DNA of 64,000 nucleotides from the IMG/VR virus record IMGVR_UViG_3300036770_001342, positions 32,001 through 96,000 of that record. One strand, written 5' to 3'. This document shows, piece after piece, positions 10,777-22,700 of this stretch. The stretch's first letter is position 1. The number at the start of each line of letters is the position of its first letter. Origin of the DNA: a virus. The position numbers were made by a program, and so were the translations under genes. A model generated the notes under the pieces. It had not been told where the DNA came from and did no database searches. It was given only the letters and a program-made list of their open reading frames with translations.

Positions 10777-10793
10777 CGTTCACCTATGTCAAC

Positions 10794-10799
10794 TATTTA
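10794..10799 (-). promoter_or_regulatory. Late-promoter-like TAAATA motif upstream of the radical SAM cluster
   Basis: CTAAATAG on the minus strand in the 31-nt gap before ATG 10776; shares its core with the T4 gp55 promoter TATAAATA. Confidence 0.5.
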
Positions 10800-10807
10800 G
10801 AGGGATT

Positions 10808-11761
10808 TTACCATCCTTCTATCTTTCTTATAATATCAATTTCTCTTACTAATGGACCCATATTGTACTTGTCGTGATTATAATGTCGTTTAAAAAATTT
10901 ACTTTGTTCTGGATCTAACACAGACATAGGCAAATCTAGTTTATCTCGCAAAATATTTCCTATAATATCAATCTCTGTTTTAGGATCTTTACTTTTAAAT
11001 TCTTCCCATAGTATAGAAAAATTATCAAACCACATCACATCTTTATGATCCCAAGTTGATAGCATTGTCATATATGTACCCAATCTAGCACCATATATTG
11101 CCCACAAGCCGTTTTCAACGTCACTGCCTACATTATGCCATATAGTTAAATGATTAAAGTTTCTTCCCGGGACGCGATTTTTAAATTCATCTACACTGGG
11201 TTTACAACCCCTCTCCAAGCACATTTTAACGCCTTCACGAAATCCTGCACGCCATGCTTGAAAAGGTGTATAATTGGGATAAGTTATGCTGTAGCAATCA
11301 TACATATGCCAGTATAGATTATCTTTAGTGCCGTCCATACAGAAATCTACTTGAGTATGGTCGCTGCCGTCAGTATTTTCATGAGTTTTCATGTTCATGA
11401 CATAATCTTTTGTCCATGAACTCATCCCACCATTGCCATAACGCAATCCATTAATGTTATTAATTGCTTTCCATCTGAATTGTGCTAGGTGGGCGTTAGC
11501 AGGTGCATCTGTAAAATCTAATTGTAGGTTAAAGAAACTCTCTTCGGGCATATTATCGCCATCAATAAGAATAAAGCGTTCTGTGTCGCTGGCTTCAGCA
11601 GCGGCTTTATGCGCTGCATCACTACCCTTTACGCCGTCAACACGTTTAGCATAAGGAACCATATTCTTAATTTTAAGCCAAAATTCTTCTTTTTGCGGTT
11701 CGTCGTAACTTAAATAAATGCAGTCTAAATCAGCGATATCAATTATTTCATCAGAGTTCAT
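10808..11761 (-). CDS. Glycosyltransferase-like protein (GT-A fold, DxD motif)
   Basis: IYLSYDEP, RVDGVKG...AH, FILIDGDN (DxD after a hydrophobic strand), AWRAGFREGVK. Confidence 0.55.
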   Translation of the reverse strand: MNSDEIIDIADLDCIYLSYDEPQKEEFWLKIKNMVPYAKRVDGVKGSDAAHKAAAEASDTERFILIDGDNMPEESFFNLQLDFTDAPANAHLAQFRWKAINNINGLRYGNGGMSSWTKDYVMNMKTHENTDGSDHTQVDFCMDGTKDNLYWHMYDCYSITYPNYTPFQAWRAGFREGVKMCLERGCKPSVDEFKNRVPGRNFNHLTIWHNVGSDVENGLWAIYGARLGTYMTMLSTWDHKDVMWFDNFSILWEEFKSKDPKTEIDIIGNILRDKLDLPMSVLDPEQSKFFKRHYNHDKYNMGPLVREIDIIRKIEGW

Positions 11762-12107
11762 ATGTTGATAACTTCCATTGTTTACTATTTACATCGTCTA
11801 GAGTAGTCAGTATACTAATATCATCTTTAGCGCAACTTATCCCGTTACTATCTGGTTTATATTTGGATATAATTGCTCCCGAATTTAGTTTAACTAATTT
11901 ACCGTTTTGAACTTTTAAATCATATCTACATTCTGCATAAGTCTGTGCATCAATAATTAAAAAATTACCTTCGGGTTTATCGCAAGTATAAAATAAAATT
12001 TTTCCATTTTCATCGTAATATAATCGAAATTGTGTAGGTTCATACTGAACCTCTTCTGCTATTAGGTATTCTATACCGTCAATTTCTACAACTTTTAAAC
12101 GTTCCAT
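11751..12107 (-). CDS. Hypothetical protein
   Basis: 118-aa ORF overlapping both neighbours in the same operon. Confidence 0.6.
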   Translation of the reverse strand: MERLKVVEIDGIEYLIAEEVQYEPTQFRLYYDENGKILFYTCDKPEGNFLIIDAQTYAECRYDLKVQNGKLVKLNSGAIISKYKPDSNGISCAKDDISILTTLDDVNSKQWKLSTYEL

Positions 12108-12895
12108 GCCAAACTCAACTCATTACTAAATTTTTTAACATGATAGTGAAAAGGATATTTTTGCGGTATAGTATTAATTCTTAAAGTATGGGATAATATT
12201 TCGTACACTAATTCATTAGTCCAATCTTCAGTTTTTAACAGATTGATCATTTGTTTCATATGTACCATACTCATTTCTGTAAATGTAGGCATGGTAGTTT
12301 TTTCAGTGCCTATAATATGACAAGCAATAGCGTATACCCAATCAGTAGTTGCTTCTTCGTCTATTTTACATTTTAATATTTTTCTAAATTCATCCCAATT
12401 TTGAAAAATTATTTTAACCATTTCAAAAAATTGTTTGGCCGTATCTGACTTCTTAAAATAGGTTAAAGCATTATAACAATCAGGCAATTTGTTTTGATCA
12501 ATAAACGTTCTATAATACCTAACATCGCTAATATCTTGTTTAAAATTTCTAATCGTGGTTGATACAACTACATCTTGTTGCGAAAGTATGTCCCACCAGT
12601 ATTCTATAGAAGATGGTATATACATGTCTGCTTCAAGTTTAATAGTGTGGTCATAGGGACTTGCTTCATACACTTGCCAGTCATTAATTAATTTCCATTG
12701 GCTGTTAGGTGCTTGGTCTCCATATGGTAATGCAATAACTTTATCGAAAAAATTACTATGATCTACATCGTCTGTTATTAATGATATATTAGATGAAGGC
12801 ATTACTTTTCTTATACTGTGTGCCAAAATTTCAGCACATTTGACATAATCTACTGATTCAGTATTTTGAGCAAGTATTACGTATCCTCTACTCAT
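12095..12895 (-). CDS. Nucleotide-diphospho-sugar transferase (GT8-like)
   Basis: RGYVILA...YVKCA, SPYDHTIKLEAD (DxD-like), and a late His motif. Confidence 0.6.
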   Translation of the reverse strand: MSRGYVILAQNTESVDYVKCAEILAHSIRKVMPSSNISLITDDVDHSNFFDKVIALPYGDQAPNSQWKLINDWQVYEASPYDHTIKLEADMYIPSSIEYWWDILSQQDVVVSTTIRNFKQDISDVRYYRTFIDQNKLPDCYNALTYFKKSDTAKQFFEMVKIIFQNWDEFRKILKCKIDEEATTDWVYAIACHIIGTEKTTMPTFTEMSMVHMKQMINLLKTEDWTNELVYEILSHTLRINTIPQKYPFHYHVKKFSNELSLAWNV

Positions 12896-13698
12896 TTGAT
12901 AAGATCCATAAAAATATCTTTATTAATAATATGAAAATCCATATCTTTTACAACAATATATTCCTTTTTAATTTTATTACGCAACCATTTATCATAAACA
13001 ATAGTATATTCAGTATTATATAACTCATCGTTGTTCTTATAGACAAAAGTTTTTGGTCCAATATGCATTAAATTCCAAGGTATTATATCATTGCTAATAT
13101 CTATATGCCCATTTACGATACGTAGTGCTAATGTAAGACCGTAATCATTTCTATACGTATCAGTAGAAAACTTATGAATATTAGCGTAGTGTTCATAATT
13201 TTCTTGAACCATTTTTAAACATTCAAAAATTTGTTTAACTTTTTGTGTTTTTTTAAATGCAACTACAGTAGCCCAAACTGTAGGCAAATTAATACCTTGT
13301 CCTAAATACTCTTCTTTTGTATAGTCATCCATTAAAAAAGATATTGTTTTATGGCAGACAAAATCATTCATGATTTCAAATGTTTTGTTAAGCCTATCAC
13401 TATTAACTACATAATCAACATCTAGCAGTAATGTTTCATCGTATGGACTTAATTCATAACTGCGATAGCGCCCTTTATTTAACCAAACTCTACCCTGTAA
13501 TTGATTGTTGTTATCGCTATCTATAACTATTACTTTATCAAATGTGTTATCTGTAACTGTAGATAATGACGCTTTGTCTGTAATTAATGTTGATGGTAAT
13601 TTTAAAAAATGACTTACACGCTTTGCTGTAAACTCTGCCATTTTAACATAATTATATTCCGGTGAGTTGAAAGCAAACAACAATACACCTCTTGTCAT
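12892..13698 (-). CDS. Nucleotide-diphospho-sugar transferase (GT8-like), paralog of 12095-12895
   Basis: RGVLLFA...YVKMA, SPYDETLLLDVD, YRND, DFHIINK. Confidence 0.6.
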   Translation of the reverse strand: MTRGVLLFAFNSPEYNYVKMAEFTAKRVSHFLKLPSTLITDKASLSTVTDNTFDKVIVIDSDNNNQLQGRVWLNKGRYRSYELSPYDETLLLDVDYVVNSDRLNKTFEIMNDFVCHKTISFLMDDYTKEEYLGQGINLPTVWATVVAFKKTQKVKQIFECLKMVQENYEHYANIHKFSTDTYRNDYGLTLALRIVNGHIDISNDIIPWNLMHIGPKTFVYKNNDELYNTEYTIVYDKWLRNKIKKEYIVVKDMDFHIINKDIFMDLIK

Positions 13699-14003
13699 CT
13701 TTTAGTCTCTAATAGTTTATATTCTTTATAATATTCTTGCATAACTGTTTCATAAACAGTTTTTAATTTCTCAAGTAGTTGCAGTCTATCAACTTCGACT
13801 GGATTGTTATGTGTATCTATTAATACTACTTTATCACTAGTAAAAGATTGTAGTGTGGCTATAGTGGTGGCATCTGCTTTCCACAATCCGTTTTGTTCGG
13901 CAATTAAAATTTTACTGCTATATTTTTCACGCAAGTATTCTTTTGCTGAATTATGACTAAATCTCGCTTTTGCTTCCGATAGTAAGGTTTGGACGTCCAT
14001 CAT
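13695..14003 (-). CDS. Hypothetical protein
   Basis: 102-aa ORF preceded by a GAGG RBS and a TAAATA motif; first gene of the GT operon. Confidence 0.6.
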   Translation of the reverse strand: MMDVQTLLSEAKARFSHNSAKEYLREKYSSKILIAEQNGLWKADATTIATLQSFTSDKVVLIDTHNNPVEVDRLQLLEKLKTVYETVMQEYYKEYKLLETKR

Positions 14004-14018
14004 TATGCCTCGTCCAAG

Positions 14019-14024
14019 TATTTA
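14019..14024 (-). promoter_or_regulatory. Late-promoter-like TAAATA motif
   Basis: CTAAATAC in the intergenic gap upstream of 14003. Confidence 0.5.
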
Positions 14025-14052
14025 GATATGGGATTTTTACCTAATAAATTTA

Positions 14053-15003
14053 TTAGGCTACTGAGTTACTACCAGTTAATGTAATGGTGCCCCAAGTATT
14101 TGAAATATTTGTTGCTGAGGGCGGGGCTACAGTCAATGTGCATGTTGAACCGCTACCCAATACACCGTTACCGCTTATCTTATCTAGTACCACGTTAACA
14201 TAAACAATGCTACCATTATCACTGTTACTACCCTGTACTCCATTTGTACGGGCATATCCTAACACCTGCACTGTTGCAGTATATGGTGCTGTACCTGAAT
14301 TTTGATCAAAAATTGTTGTATTGCCTGTGCTTAGGCCAAAATAACCATTATTGGTTCCGATAGATTCTACTGAGCCGCTACCACCAATTTTAGTAACACC
14401 GTTATATGCTGTACCAGCAATAGTGCGTGAACCGCTGTTTTGACCACTAATCACAATTGTACCTACTGCTGTACATAATGTATTCATCGCAGCATTAATA
14501 CCTGCTGTTGTGTTAGCGTGGGTAACGCTAAATTTTAATTGTCCGCCTGCATTGAAGAAGTAACGTGCTGCATCACCGTTAGCAAAAGAACAAGTAAATG
14601 CAAAGTTTGCATAGTCTGTCCATGATGAAGCAGTTGTTTGTGTATTTGATGATGTAGTGCCCTGTGATGCTGCATTGCCTTTATTAGTATTAATATTTGT
14701 AATAGCAGTGCCTAATCCAGATAAGAATGTTACGACTCCGCCTGAACTTGGTGCAGTTAATCCTGTGCTTGCGCCACCCTGGTGTGCGTTTGCACTATTA
14801 ATACTATTAATCATGCTTGCCCAGTTAGTTGCTGCTACTGTTTGTCCTGCAGCAACGTTGCTTATTGCTGTTTGACCGTAACCTGTTTGGCCGCCGCCGG
14901 TAGCCCAAACTGCATTAACAGTAGAACTACTAGTAGTAGGATTTCCACCTGCGCGAGTGTTAAAATCAGAAGCCTCAACTAAACCAAATTGTGCGTAACT
15001 CAT
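14053..15003 (-). CDS. Virion structural or tail-fibre-like protein (Gly/Ser/Thr/Asn-rich)
   Basis: Composition and position after the baseplate genes; motifs GYGQ and ARYFFNAGG. Confidence 0.55.
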   Translation of the reverse strand: MSYAQFGLVEASDFNTRAGGNPTTSSSTVNAVWATGGGQTGYGQTAISNVAAGQTVAATNWASMINSINSANAHQGGASTGLTAPSSGGVVTFLSGLGTAITNINTNKGNAASQGTTSSNTQTTASSWTDYANFAFTCSFANGDAARYFFNAGGQLKFSVTHANTTAGINAAMNTLCTAVGTIVISGQNSGSRTIAGTAYNGVTKIGGSGSVESIGTNNGYFGLSTGNTTIFDQNSGTAPYTATVQVLGYARTNGVQGSNSDNGSIVYVNVVLDKISGNGVLGSGSTCTLTVAPPSATNISNTWGTITLTGSNSVA

Positions 15004-15030
15004 GTATGAAATCCTATAAACTTATGAATA

Positions 15031-15038
15031 TATTTATC
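15031..15038 (-). promoter_or_regulatory. Late promoter GATAAATA
   Basis: TATTTATC on the plus strand, overlapping the upstream stop codon. Confidence 0.55.
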
Positions 15039-15978
15039 TTATAGTTACAATCGCCTGGACTACACCCATTTCTGCATCTGTTTTAGTTTCTAATGCGCGA
15101 CCTATAGTATTAAACGCTGTGGCCTCGCCGTCTTTTGCTGCTCTAGCACAGCCATTGCCTGCGCTAACTAAACGCTGACCTTTTACTACTGGACCTACAA
15201 CATTAACATTGACGCGACCAGATACAGCAACCGGCGGGTGAGTATTATCGTCACCTGCACCTGCGTTCATTAGATATCCTGCTGTATGTGATATAACGCC
15301 GAAAATATCTTCGCTTAATTCATATTTGACCGCAGTAATTTCTTTACTACCGCCCAATTGGACAACTGTACCTGCATCATATGTTTGATCTGCTTCAAAA
15401 CGTTCAGCAAGGTCAGCATAAGTTGATTGCAATCTTGATCCTGCAGTTAATGTCCAGTTACCAGTAAGCGAACCTGCAGTACCTGCAGATCCTGTAGTGA
15501 TAACTTGTGTAGTAAGATTGCCTATGTTAGCATTTGTGATATTAGCAGTCTGTATGGTTGCAGTACCTGCGATGCTAATTGTCTGACATGCAATATTAGG
15601 AACTGATAAGTTATTCGTAATAATTGCATTGTTTGCGCTAATCGTACCGATGACCGTTACGCCACCGAATGTCGTGTTACCGCTAGCACTAGTAGTTGCT
15701 AATGATAACCAATTAGCAGCAATTGCTTCACCATCTTCCGGGCAAACATATAACGTTGAATTATTAGTGTTGTACCACAATTGACCGCGCAACGGGTTAG
15801 CAGGAGGTTCGGTACTTGCAAAATTTTCTGTTAGATGTACAAAGTTCGTGTCTAAAACTTGTCCATAACCAGCGTAGTTTCTACCAGGTAGCCCTAATGA
15901 GGTACTATCTGTGTTAATTTGACCGTCAGCGATAGTTGTTAATACTTGTCCATCGCTTTTTACAATCGTATATGCCAT
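15034..15978 (-). CDS. Tail fibre/spike-like protein with a possible C-terminal intramolecular chaperone domain
   Basis: N-terminal GRNYAGYG...ENFA...NPLRGQLWYN, beta-helix-like middle (ANITNANIGNL), C-terminal YADLAERFEAD...GTVV...GRV.V. Confidence 0.6.
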   Translation of the reverse strand: MAYTIVKSDGQVLTTIADGQINTDSTSLGLPGRNYAGYGQVLDTNFVHLTENFASTEPPANPLRGQLWYNTNNSTLYVCPEDGEAIAANWLSLATTSASGNTTFGGVTVIGTISANNAIITNNLSVPNIACQTISIAGTATIQTANITNANIGNLTTQVITTGSAGTAGSLTGNWTLTAGSRLQSTYADLAERFEADQTYDAGTVVQLGGSKEITAVKYELSEDIFGVISHTAGYLMNAGAGDDNTHPPVAVSGRVNVNVVGPVVKGQRLVSAGNGCARAAKDGEATAFNTIGRALETKTDAEMGVVQAIVTIR

Positions 15979-15999
15979 ATCTAATAAACTCCGCTTTTG

Positions 16000-16007
16000 T
16001 ATTTATC
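16000..16007 (-). promoter_or_regulatory. Late promoter GATAAATA
   Basis: TATTTATC on the plus strand, followed by a GGAG RBS before ATG 15978. Confidence 0.55.
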
Positions 16008-16008
16008 T

Positions 16009-16623
16009 CTATATAGTTAATAGGTTTGTGAGACTCTGTATTCTCACTGTATAATCTATCTGTATCTGACGATTTAGTGACTTTTGTACAGGGTGGAATA
16101 TAACATGAGTCAATAGTCTAGTTATAACATTACCCTCGTTGTCGGTTCCGTAATTGGCTAGTAGTCCTAATTCATCAAATATATAATCTGAATCTGTTTG
16201 TGTACTATTGTCGAAGGCGCCCTGTCCTGCAGGTTCACCGTAATCTAATAAACAAGATACTAAAATGTCGCTATACAATTTACCAGAAGTATGATTTACT
16301 GTCATTTTGTTGCGTGTCGGGTCTAGATTAAACACGCTGGTATCGTCAACAATTTTAGCATATGTTTCGTTGTATAAAGCAGCATTTTGACCTGTAGTGT
16401 TGGGTGGCAAATAAGTAATAATACCGGTTTCGTCTACTGACGCTCCACCATTACCAAATGCCATTTGATATATTTCGCCATATCCACGATTACTTAATGT
16501 GTCGGCTAATGCTTCACTCATGTTTTCGTAGTTGATAGCATTTTTCTTATCTACGAAAACTTCTAAAGAGTTAGGGTCGTAGATTTTTAAAAATCCTTCA
16601 ATTTTATAGGATACAGTTATCAT
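16009..16623 (-). CDS. Baseplate/tail-collar-like structural protein
   Basis: MAFGNGG...FDELGL...LLTHVIFHPVQKS; lies directly after the giant wedge gene. Confidence 0.55.
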   Translation of the reverse strand: MITVSYKIEGFLKIYDPNSLEVFVDKKNAINYENMSEALADTLSNRGYGEIYQMAFGNGGASVDETGIITYLPPNTTGQNAALYNETYAKIVDDTSVFNLDPTRNKMTVNHTSGKLYSDILVSCLLDYGEPAGQGAFDNSTQTDSDYIFDELGLLANYGTDNEGNVITRLLTHVIFHPVQKSLNRQIQIDYTVRIQSLTNLLTI

Positions 16624-16787
16624 TAATCGTCGGCCCTCTTTTGCACAAATATCTCTTTGGTATTAGGATCGTAAATTTTGACATGTGAGGAGAAATACAC
16701 ACCGCTTTTTTCATCAGGTTTTTTCTCTAATTTTTGCTCTTTTTTGTCGCTAATTTCCGACTTATTCCCTATAGATTTATTTATCAT
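16623..16787 (-). CDS. Small 54-aa protein resembling the N-terminus of the downstream gene
   Basis: Below the ORF-track cut-off. MINKS...KPDEKSGVYFSSHVKIYDPNTKEIFVQKRADD*; fills the gap and has a TAATG overlap with the next gene. Confidence 0.65.
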   Translation of the reverse strand: MINKSIGNKSEISDKKEQKLEKKPDEKSGVYFSSHVKIYDPNTKEIFVQKRADD

Positions 16788-16790
16788 AAA

Positions 16791-19700
16791 CTAAACATCC
16801 AATCTTAAGAAGTTAGGTGCTGACCCTTCTGCGATCTGCAAGGGGTCGCCCTGTGTAGTATTATAGATTCCGGGAATCTTATTCCAAGTATCATTATAAT
16901 TTATGTTCGTCATAGTATTCTTATCTAAAAAACTATAAACTTCGGTATATTTTGGAATGTACACTTGTATACCAGAACCGTTGGCCCCGCGCTCTACTTC
17001 CATACTATTGGTAAATTGATCCACACTCAATACACGCATGTATTCACCCTGCATGTATATCAATTTACCCTCATATACAGTAATTGTCAACAAGTCTCCT
17101 TGTTCAATCCAATCTCCTTCCTGTATTCTAATGTATGGTCCTGTTGATCTGACTTCTAATTGTAAGAAATCTTCTTCAATAAGTCCTTCACGTCCTAAGG
17201 TGTTATTATATACACTTACGTCTATGATATCATTTTTATCTGCATTTAATGGTATGTAATAATAACCTGCTTCCTTAATAGGAGCAACATTTGTTTGAAC
17301 ACTCTTGAAAGTTAGATTATTAATATCATTTACATAAACAATGTTTTGATATTCTGTCAATACTTCTGTCAACCAAGTTCTTGAATCGCTGTTTGCTCTG
17401 TAAACAGTACCTTGATTATTTTTATCCACTGTATTTACATACACCATTTCGTTAGGTGTTGCAGAAGGCATCATGCTAGTGATAACAATTTCATCATCTA
17501 TACCGATAGGAGCCAATATACTTACTTCATTTGCTGCGTTCAATCTTAATTCAGAAGATGGTACACGTTTACCATTTACAGTTACCCATAAACGGTCAAC
17601 ATTAGTTTGTTCCCATTGAGTCAATACTATGTTAGTTGACAGTTGAGGTGTGAGTAATATTGGTGCGCCGTTTATTGTTTCGCTGACACTAATCTTGTTA
17701 TTATCATGATCTATACTACTAATGTAATATTTTTCTCCTGCAATAATTTGAGGAATAGAAGTTGAAGTTCCTAATTTAACATTACTTTCTGTAAAGTAAA
17801 CAGGAGTATACAATACTAACGGCAATATATTTTGTACTTCTAGTTCTGTGCTTGTGCAACTTGTAACTCTAGTGGTTTCTAAAATCCAAGTATCAGAAGG
17901 CCATACATAGCCGCCACTAATATAACTGTCGGATATTGTTATAGGATAATTTACAGCATCTACATATGGGCTATAATTCTCTTCTGGATGTTCGGGGAAA
18001 TATTGATATAGATCAAATTGTTCAGAATTGATCACATGTACATAGAACAAATTATTGTTTAATTGTACACTACCCTGAATACCATCTATACGCACTAAGT
18101 CATTTGTTGATAGTAAATGAGGTACAGCAGTTTGAACACGAACTGCTGGTTGACCACCAACTGCTACGTGCATTAATCCACTGTCGTTGACTGTTGGATA
18201 TTCTAAACCATTTTCGTCAATTACTTTGAATCTATTGCCAGAAATAACTTCATGTACCTTATATTCAGTACCGTCTGTATTGACACCGCCAAATCCTTGA
18301 TATACTGGGCTACTACCAGGAATATCAATTTGGAATAATACATTTTGTCCTATAACCATATTTGTTGTGCTATCTGCTATAAAATAGCCCCCTACTGCAC
18401 TTGAAGTTTGAGTGTCTAGTAATGGTTGAGTTATAGTGTTATAAACATTGTTGATAGCAGTAACGTTAATTGGACTTAATTCATATTGAGTGTTTAAATA
18501 CTGTCTTTGTGTATCATTGAATGTAGTTACCGCAATCGTATCATTTACTGTTGGTTCTAATGTATCAAATACTAGTACAGCCTGATTATAGTTAATAGTA
18601 TATTGATCAGGCATTATTCTTAAACCATTCACTTCAACGATAGCGTTTGTATCGTTATCTTCGCCTAAATAATTTGTTAGATAATAACTACCTTTTGTTC
18701 CGTTACCTGCAAATACTTGAGTTTGCGGTAATGTATAACCATATTGTGTAGGTAATGTTTCTCCAAAGAAAGTAAATGAGATATAATCTACAGATGTATC
18801 GTACTCACTAGCGAATACTACCTTGGCAGAAATTTGATTATCTGCTAACATAACTGCATAATCTTCTGTGATGAAGTTTGATTTACCTAATGCATTTGTT
18901 AATGTTACAGCAGGACCTCCTACTGTATCGGATACAGTAAATTGAGTTCCCCCTGATAATACTTCTTTAATGTAATATGTTTTGTGAGGAATTAGTCCGC
19001 CAAATATATTATTATCAAATATAATTTTTTGATTTGGTAATAATCCAACTGTAGAATATGTGATCAAACTATTGTCTGATGCTTTGGATCTAATAACTAA
19101 ATTAGTATCACCGTTAATTAGTTTATTACCATTATAGAATACAGCAGGTGGTGTCCAGTATAAACCAGGACCATTTTGCGCTACTGCAATCATACCAGAT
19201 CCTGTATCAGAAGTTAAATCAAATATAGGACCTGCAATACCTTCATTAATTGAGTCTGAAACTGTTATAGTTTTTTGTACTGAGTCAATAGTTTTGACAT
19301 AATACGGAGTATTTTCATTTAACCCACCAAATACTTCGCCAGTAAAGTAAACGTCATCATTTAAAGTGAATATAGATACGTCATTTACTGTTATAGTGTT
19401 CAATAAACTATCAGTTGCAATTGCTTCTGTAGAAGTAGGATCAGTAGTTGGTCTTATGATTCCGCTACCGTTTAATCTGTCTGCGGTATAGTTACAATTC
19501 AACCAAATTTCTTGGAATCCAGTATTACTATTGTCACGTAATGGATCAATTTGTGTATTTGATTTGACTAATTGATCGCCATTACCGACTTCATATACAT
19601 CCACACGTAATTGCTGTGTTTCAGTAATATTTGTGTTTAAGGTTATAGTTTTATTTACATAGTCTACAACATAATCATTATTTGGATAGATAGCAGTTGA

Positions 19701-22700
19701 TAAACTATTATCTGTGATATAAACAGCAATACTTGATGGGACTTCAACAACATCAGCAAAACTATATTCACCGCTGCTATCATAGTCTAATTCGATACTC
19801 ACTACATTATAACCTACGTGCGCATATTCTGTTGCTGGCCAATTAGTACCCGGACGTGTTGTTACAGTCATTGTTAATTGATCAGTGACTATACCGGGAA
19901 CTAATTCTTCTGGACCATAACCAGACATGAATGGATCACCCTTAATTGTATATGCAGGGTCAGGTATGCTAAACAATTGGGTTCTATCCCATACTATAGG
20001 ATCAGCATTCATATTAGAAGTTTGGAATAATGTATTATTGTTTCCTGCTATAGTCCATTCATTTTTATCACTATTATAATAAATCTTGTTTAAATTTTCT
20101 GTTGTGCCTGTAGTTTTTTCTGTCCATGTCAACCCGTTTACACTAGTAATCAATTTACCATTATTACCAACAATAGCAAATACACCATCACCATATGCTG
20201 AACTATTCCAAGAAGTCGCTGAACCATATGCGCCTTGGAACGCATATCCACCTGGTATACTTCTATACACTACCCCTAAATCTCCTGCTAACACTACGAT
20301 ATTATTACCGAAAGTTACCGATTTTAAAGGTGCAGTTCGTTGTGCAAATGTTGCGCCGGTATTAATAAAGGCCAAAGTCTCTGTCCAAATTTCACCATCA
20401 ATACTTTGTAATACTAACTTATTAGAATTTTTAGTACCTACTGCTATAAATCCAGTAAATGTAGCAGTTTCAACATATGCCACATCGTATATGTATCCGG
20501 TATTACCTGTTGTGAACTTGTAAGTTTCTACCCAATTTACTGCTGAATCGCTAGTGCAAATATTTTGTCCTACGGCTACATATTTTCCGTTACCATATGC
20601 AACATTATTAAATGCTAATTTAGATTGAATTAACAATTTTCTTTCAAATTCTAATTCATTATCTTCTACGCCGAATGGGACAAAGAATCCATTGATTGAC
20701 CATCCATTTGCATCAGTGCTTGTCAATATAGGAGTAGCACTGTTTGTTGATGTCATTACATATAAATCATCTGTTTTAATAATGTCAGTAATGTTTAGAG
20801 GTTTGTTGCTTAATCTACCCAACAACCAGTCATCAGTTACTTCCATATCTTTTGCAATTGCTGTATAATTAGGCAAATTTGCAGGAGAAATATAGTTTAC
20901 ACCGTTCCAGGCTATACCATTGATACTGACATTTTCTGGATAGAAAATTTGATCTTGTAAGATAGTGTCAATGTCATATTGATCGGCAGGATCGAACGCA
21001 TTTCCCTTATATGTAGTATTTGGGTATGTTACTCCGGTAAACAATTGATTTAAATCCGTACCCGGCATATTAATTGTTGGTTGATAGTAACCTTTTACGC
21101 GATCCATTGCGTTTAACCTACGATCACCACTATTCAACTCTTCCCATTTACCGAACACAAACTGATCATCATTGTTGGATACAACACAAATATAAACACG
21201 GTTGTTGTATTTGACAATACTCTGATTGAAATAGAAAGGTTCAGGTAAGAACATAAATGAGCCTGAAGAGGCAACTGTCATAGAACCAGACTCTACAGAA
21301 GTAGTAACCGGCAGTCCACCTGGTTCGTCACTAATAGTTATTGTACTACTTCCCGTATCAATATTTGTTATATAATATGTTTGTCCTAATGTGATATTAC
21401 CGAACACATTTCCTGTAAATACCACCGCACTGTTAAGATTAAATTCAGATACATCATTTAATGTTATGACACCATTAGATGCAACACTTGAAACAGTGGA
21501 TACAGTAGCACCTTGATAGCCTAATGTTAGCCCGCTAACTGGTATCGTCATTCTTGGATCACTGTAGACTTTAAATTGATTTGCAGTAATAACTTTCAAG
21601 TAATAATTGTTTGTAACAGCATTTGGTTTTCCAGAACAAATTACGCTGACAATGTTGCCATTACTTTCAATAGGTAATGACCAACTAAAAGTACCTGGTA
21701 CTATTGCATCTATTTTATTAACTTTAATAGTTAAATCATTTTTAGGAGAAGATCCTCCCAACAAATTACCCGGTATTGTAATAGTATTGTTTGCTGTTAA
21801 TCCTGCTCCCGGATTTGAGATCAATACTTTATATCCACCTAAAATGTAACTTACATCAAATACTGGATCTACTGTAATTTTTTGACTTAATGTTGCTGGA
21901 CCATAATCATCTGATGTTATTGCAACATTTACTTTGACATAATCAGGACCTGTACCTATCATACTACCATTATTAGTAGTCAATGCTATAGTATCGCCTG
22001 TTAAACTATCTTTAATTGTAAATTTAGTAGAATCAATTATATCTTTTACGTAGTATGTTACACCAATTATTATGCTTCCCAATGGATTTCCTGAAAATAC
22101 TATAGGCATATTTTCGTATAAACTACTAGTTGTACCGTCAACTGTGAATGTATTACTTGATGCTGAACTATTAGTAATTGCTATTTTTATTTCATCAATT
22201 TCTTCTATAGTATATGTTGTGCCTGCAATTAGACCACCAATATTTTCATCTACTGTAATTGGCATGCCGATATACATGCCAGTAGTACCACCACTTTTAT
22301 GTGTTAATGTAATTAGGTTAGCAGCGGTGGAAGTATGATCTATCATTCTCTCAATCAAATTACCATAATTTGTTGCTGTAATATTAGTAAATTGATTGCT
22401 TGTTGGATAGAATGTGAACAACTGGCCATCAACTTGGCCAGGACTTGCTGGTAACTGAATATTAACAGTCATATTTCCATTTGCTGTTGTTAATGCAAAA
22501 TTAGTTTCTTGATCCACAAAAAAGCAATAAGTTTGACTATTTGATGTTACAGGTGTTAGGGCAAATGTTGAACCACCTAATGTTTCACTGATTGTTATAA
22601 CATTGACATCAATAGTTTTTACATAATATATGTTACCTTGTTGTATATTTCCCCAACTTGTAACTGGCTCACCTTCAACAGTCATGTTGCTAAAGACGAT

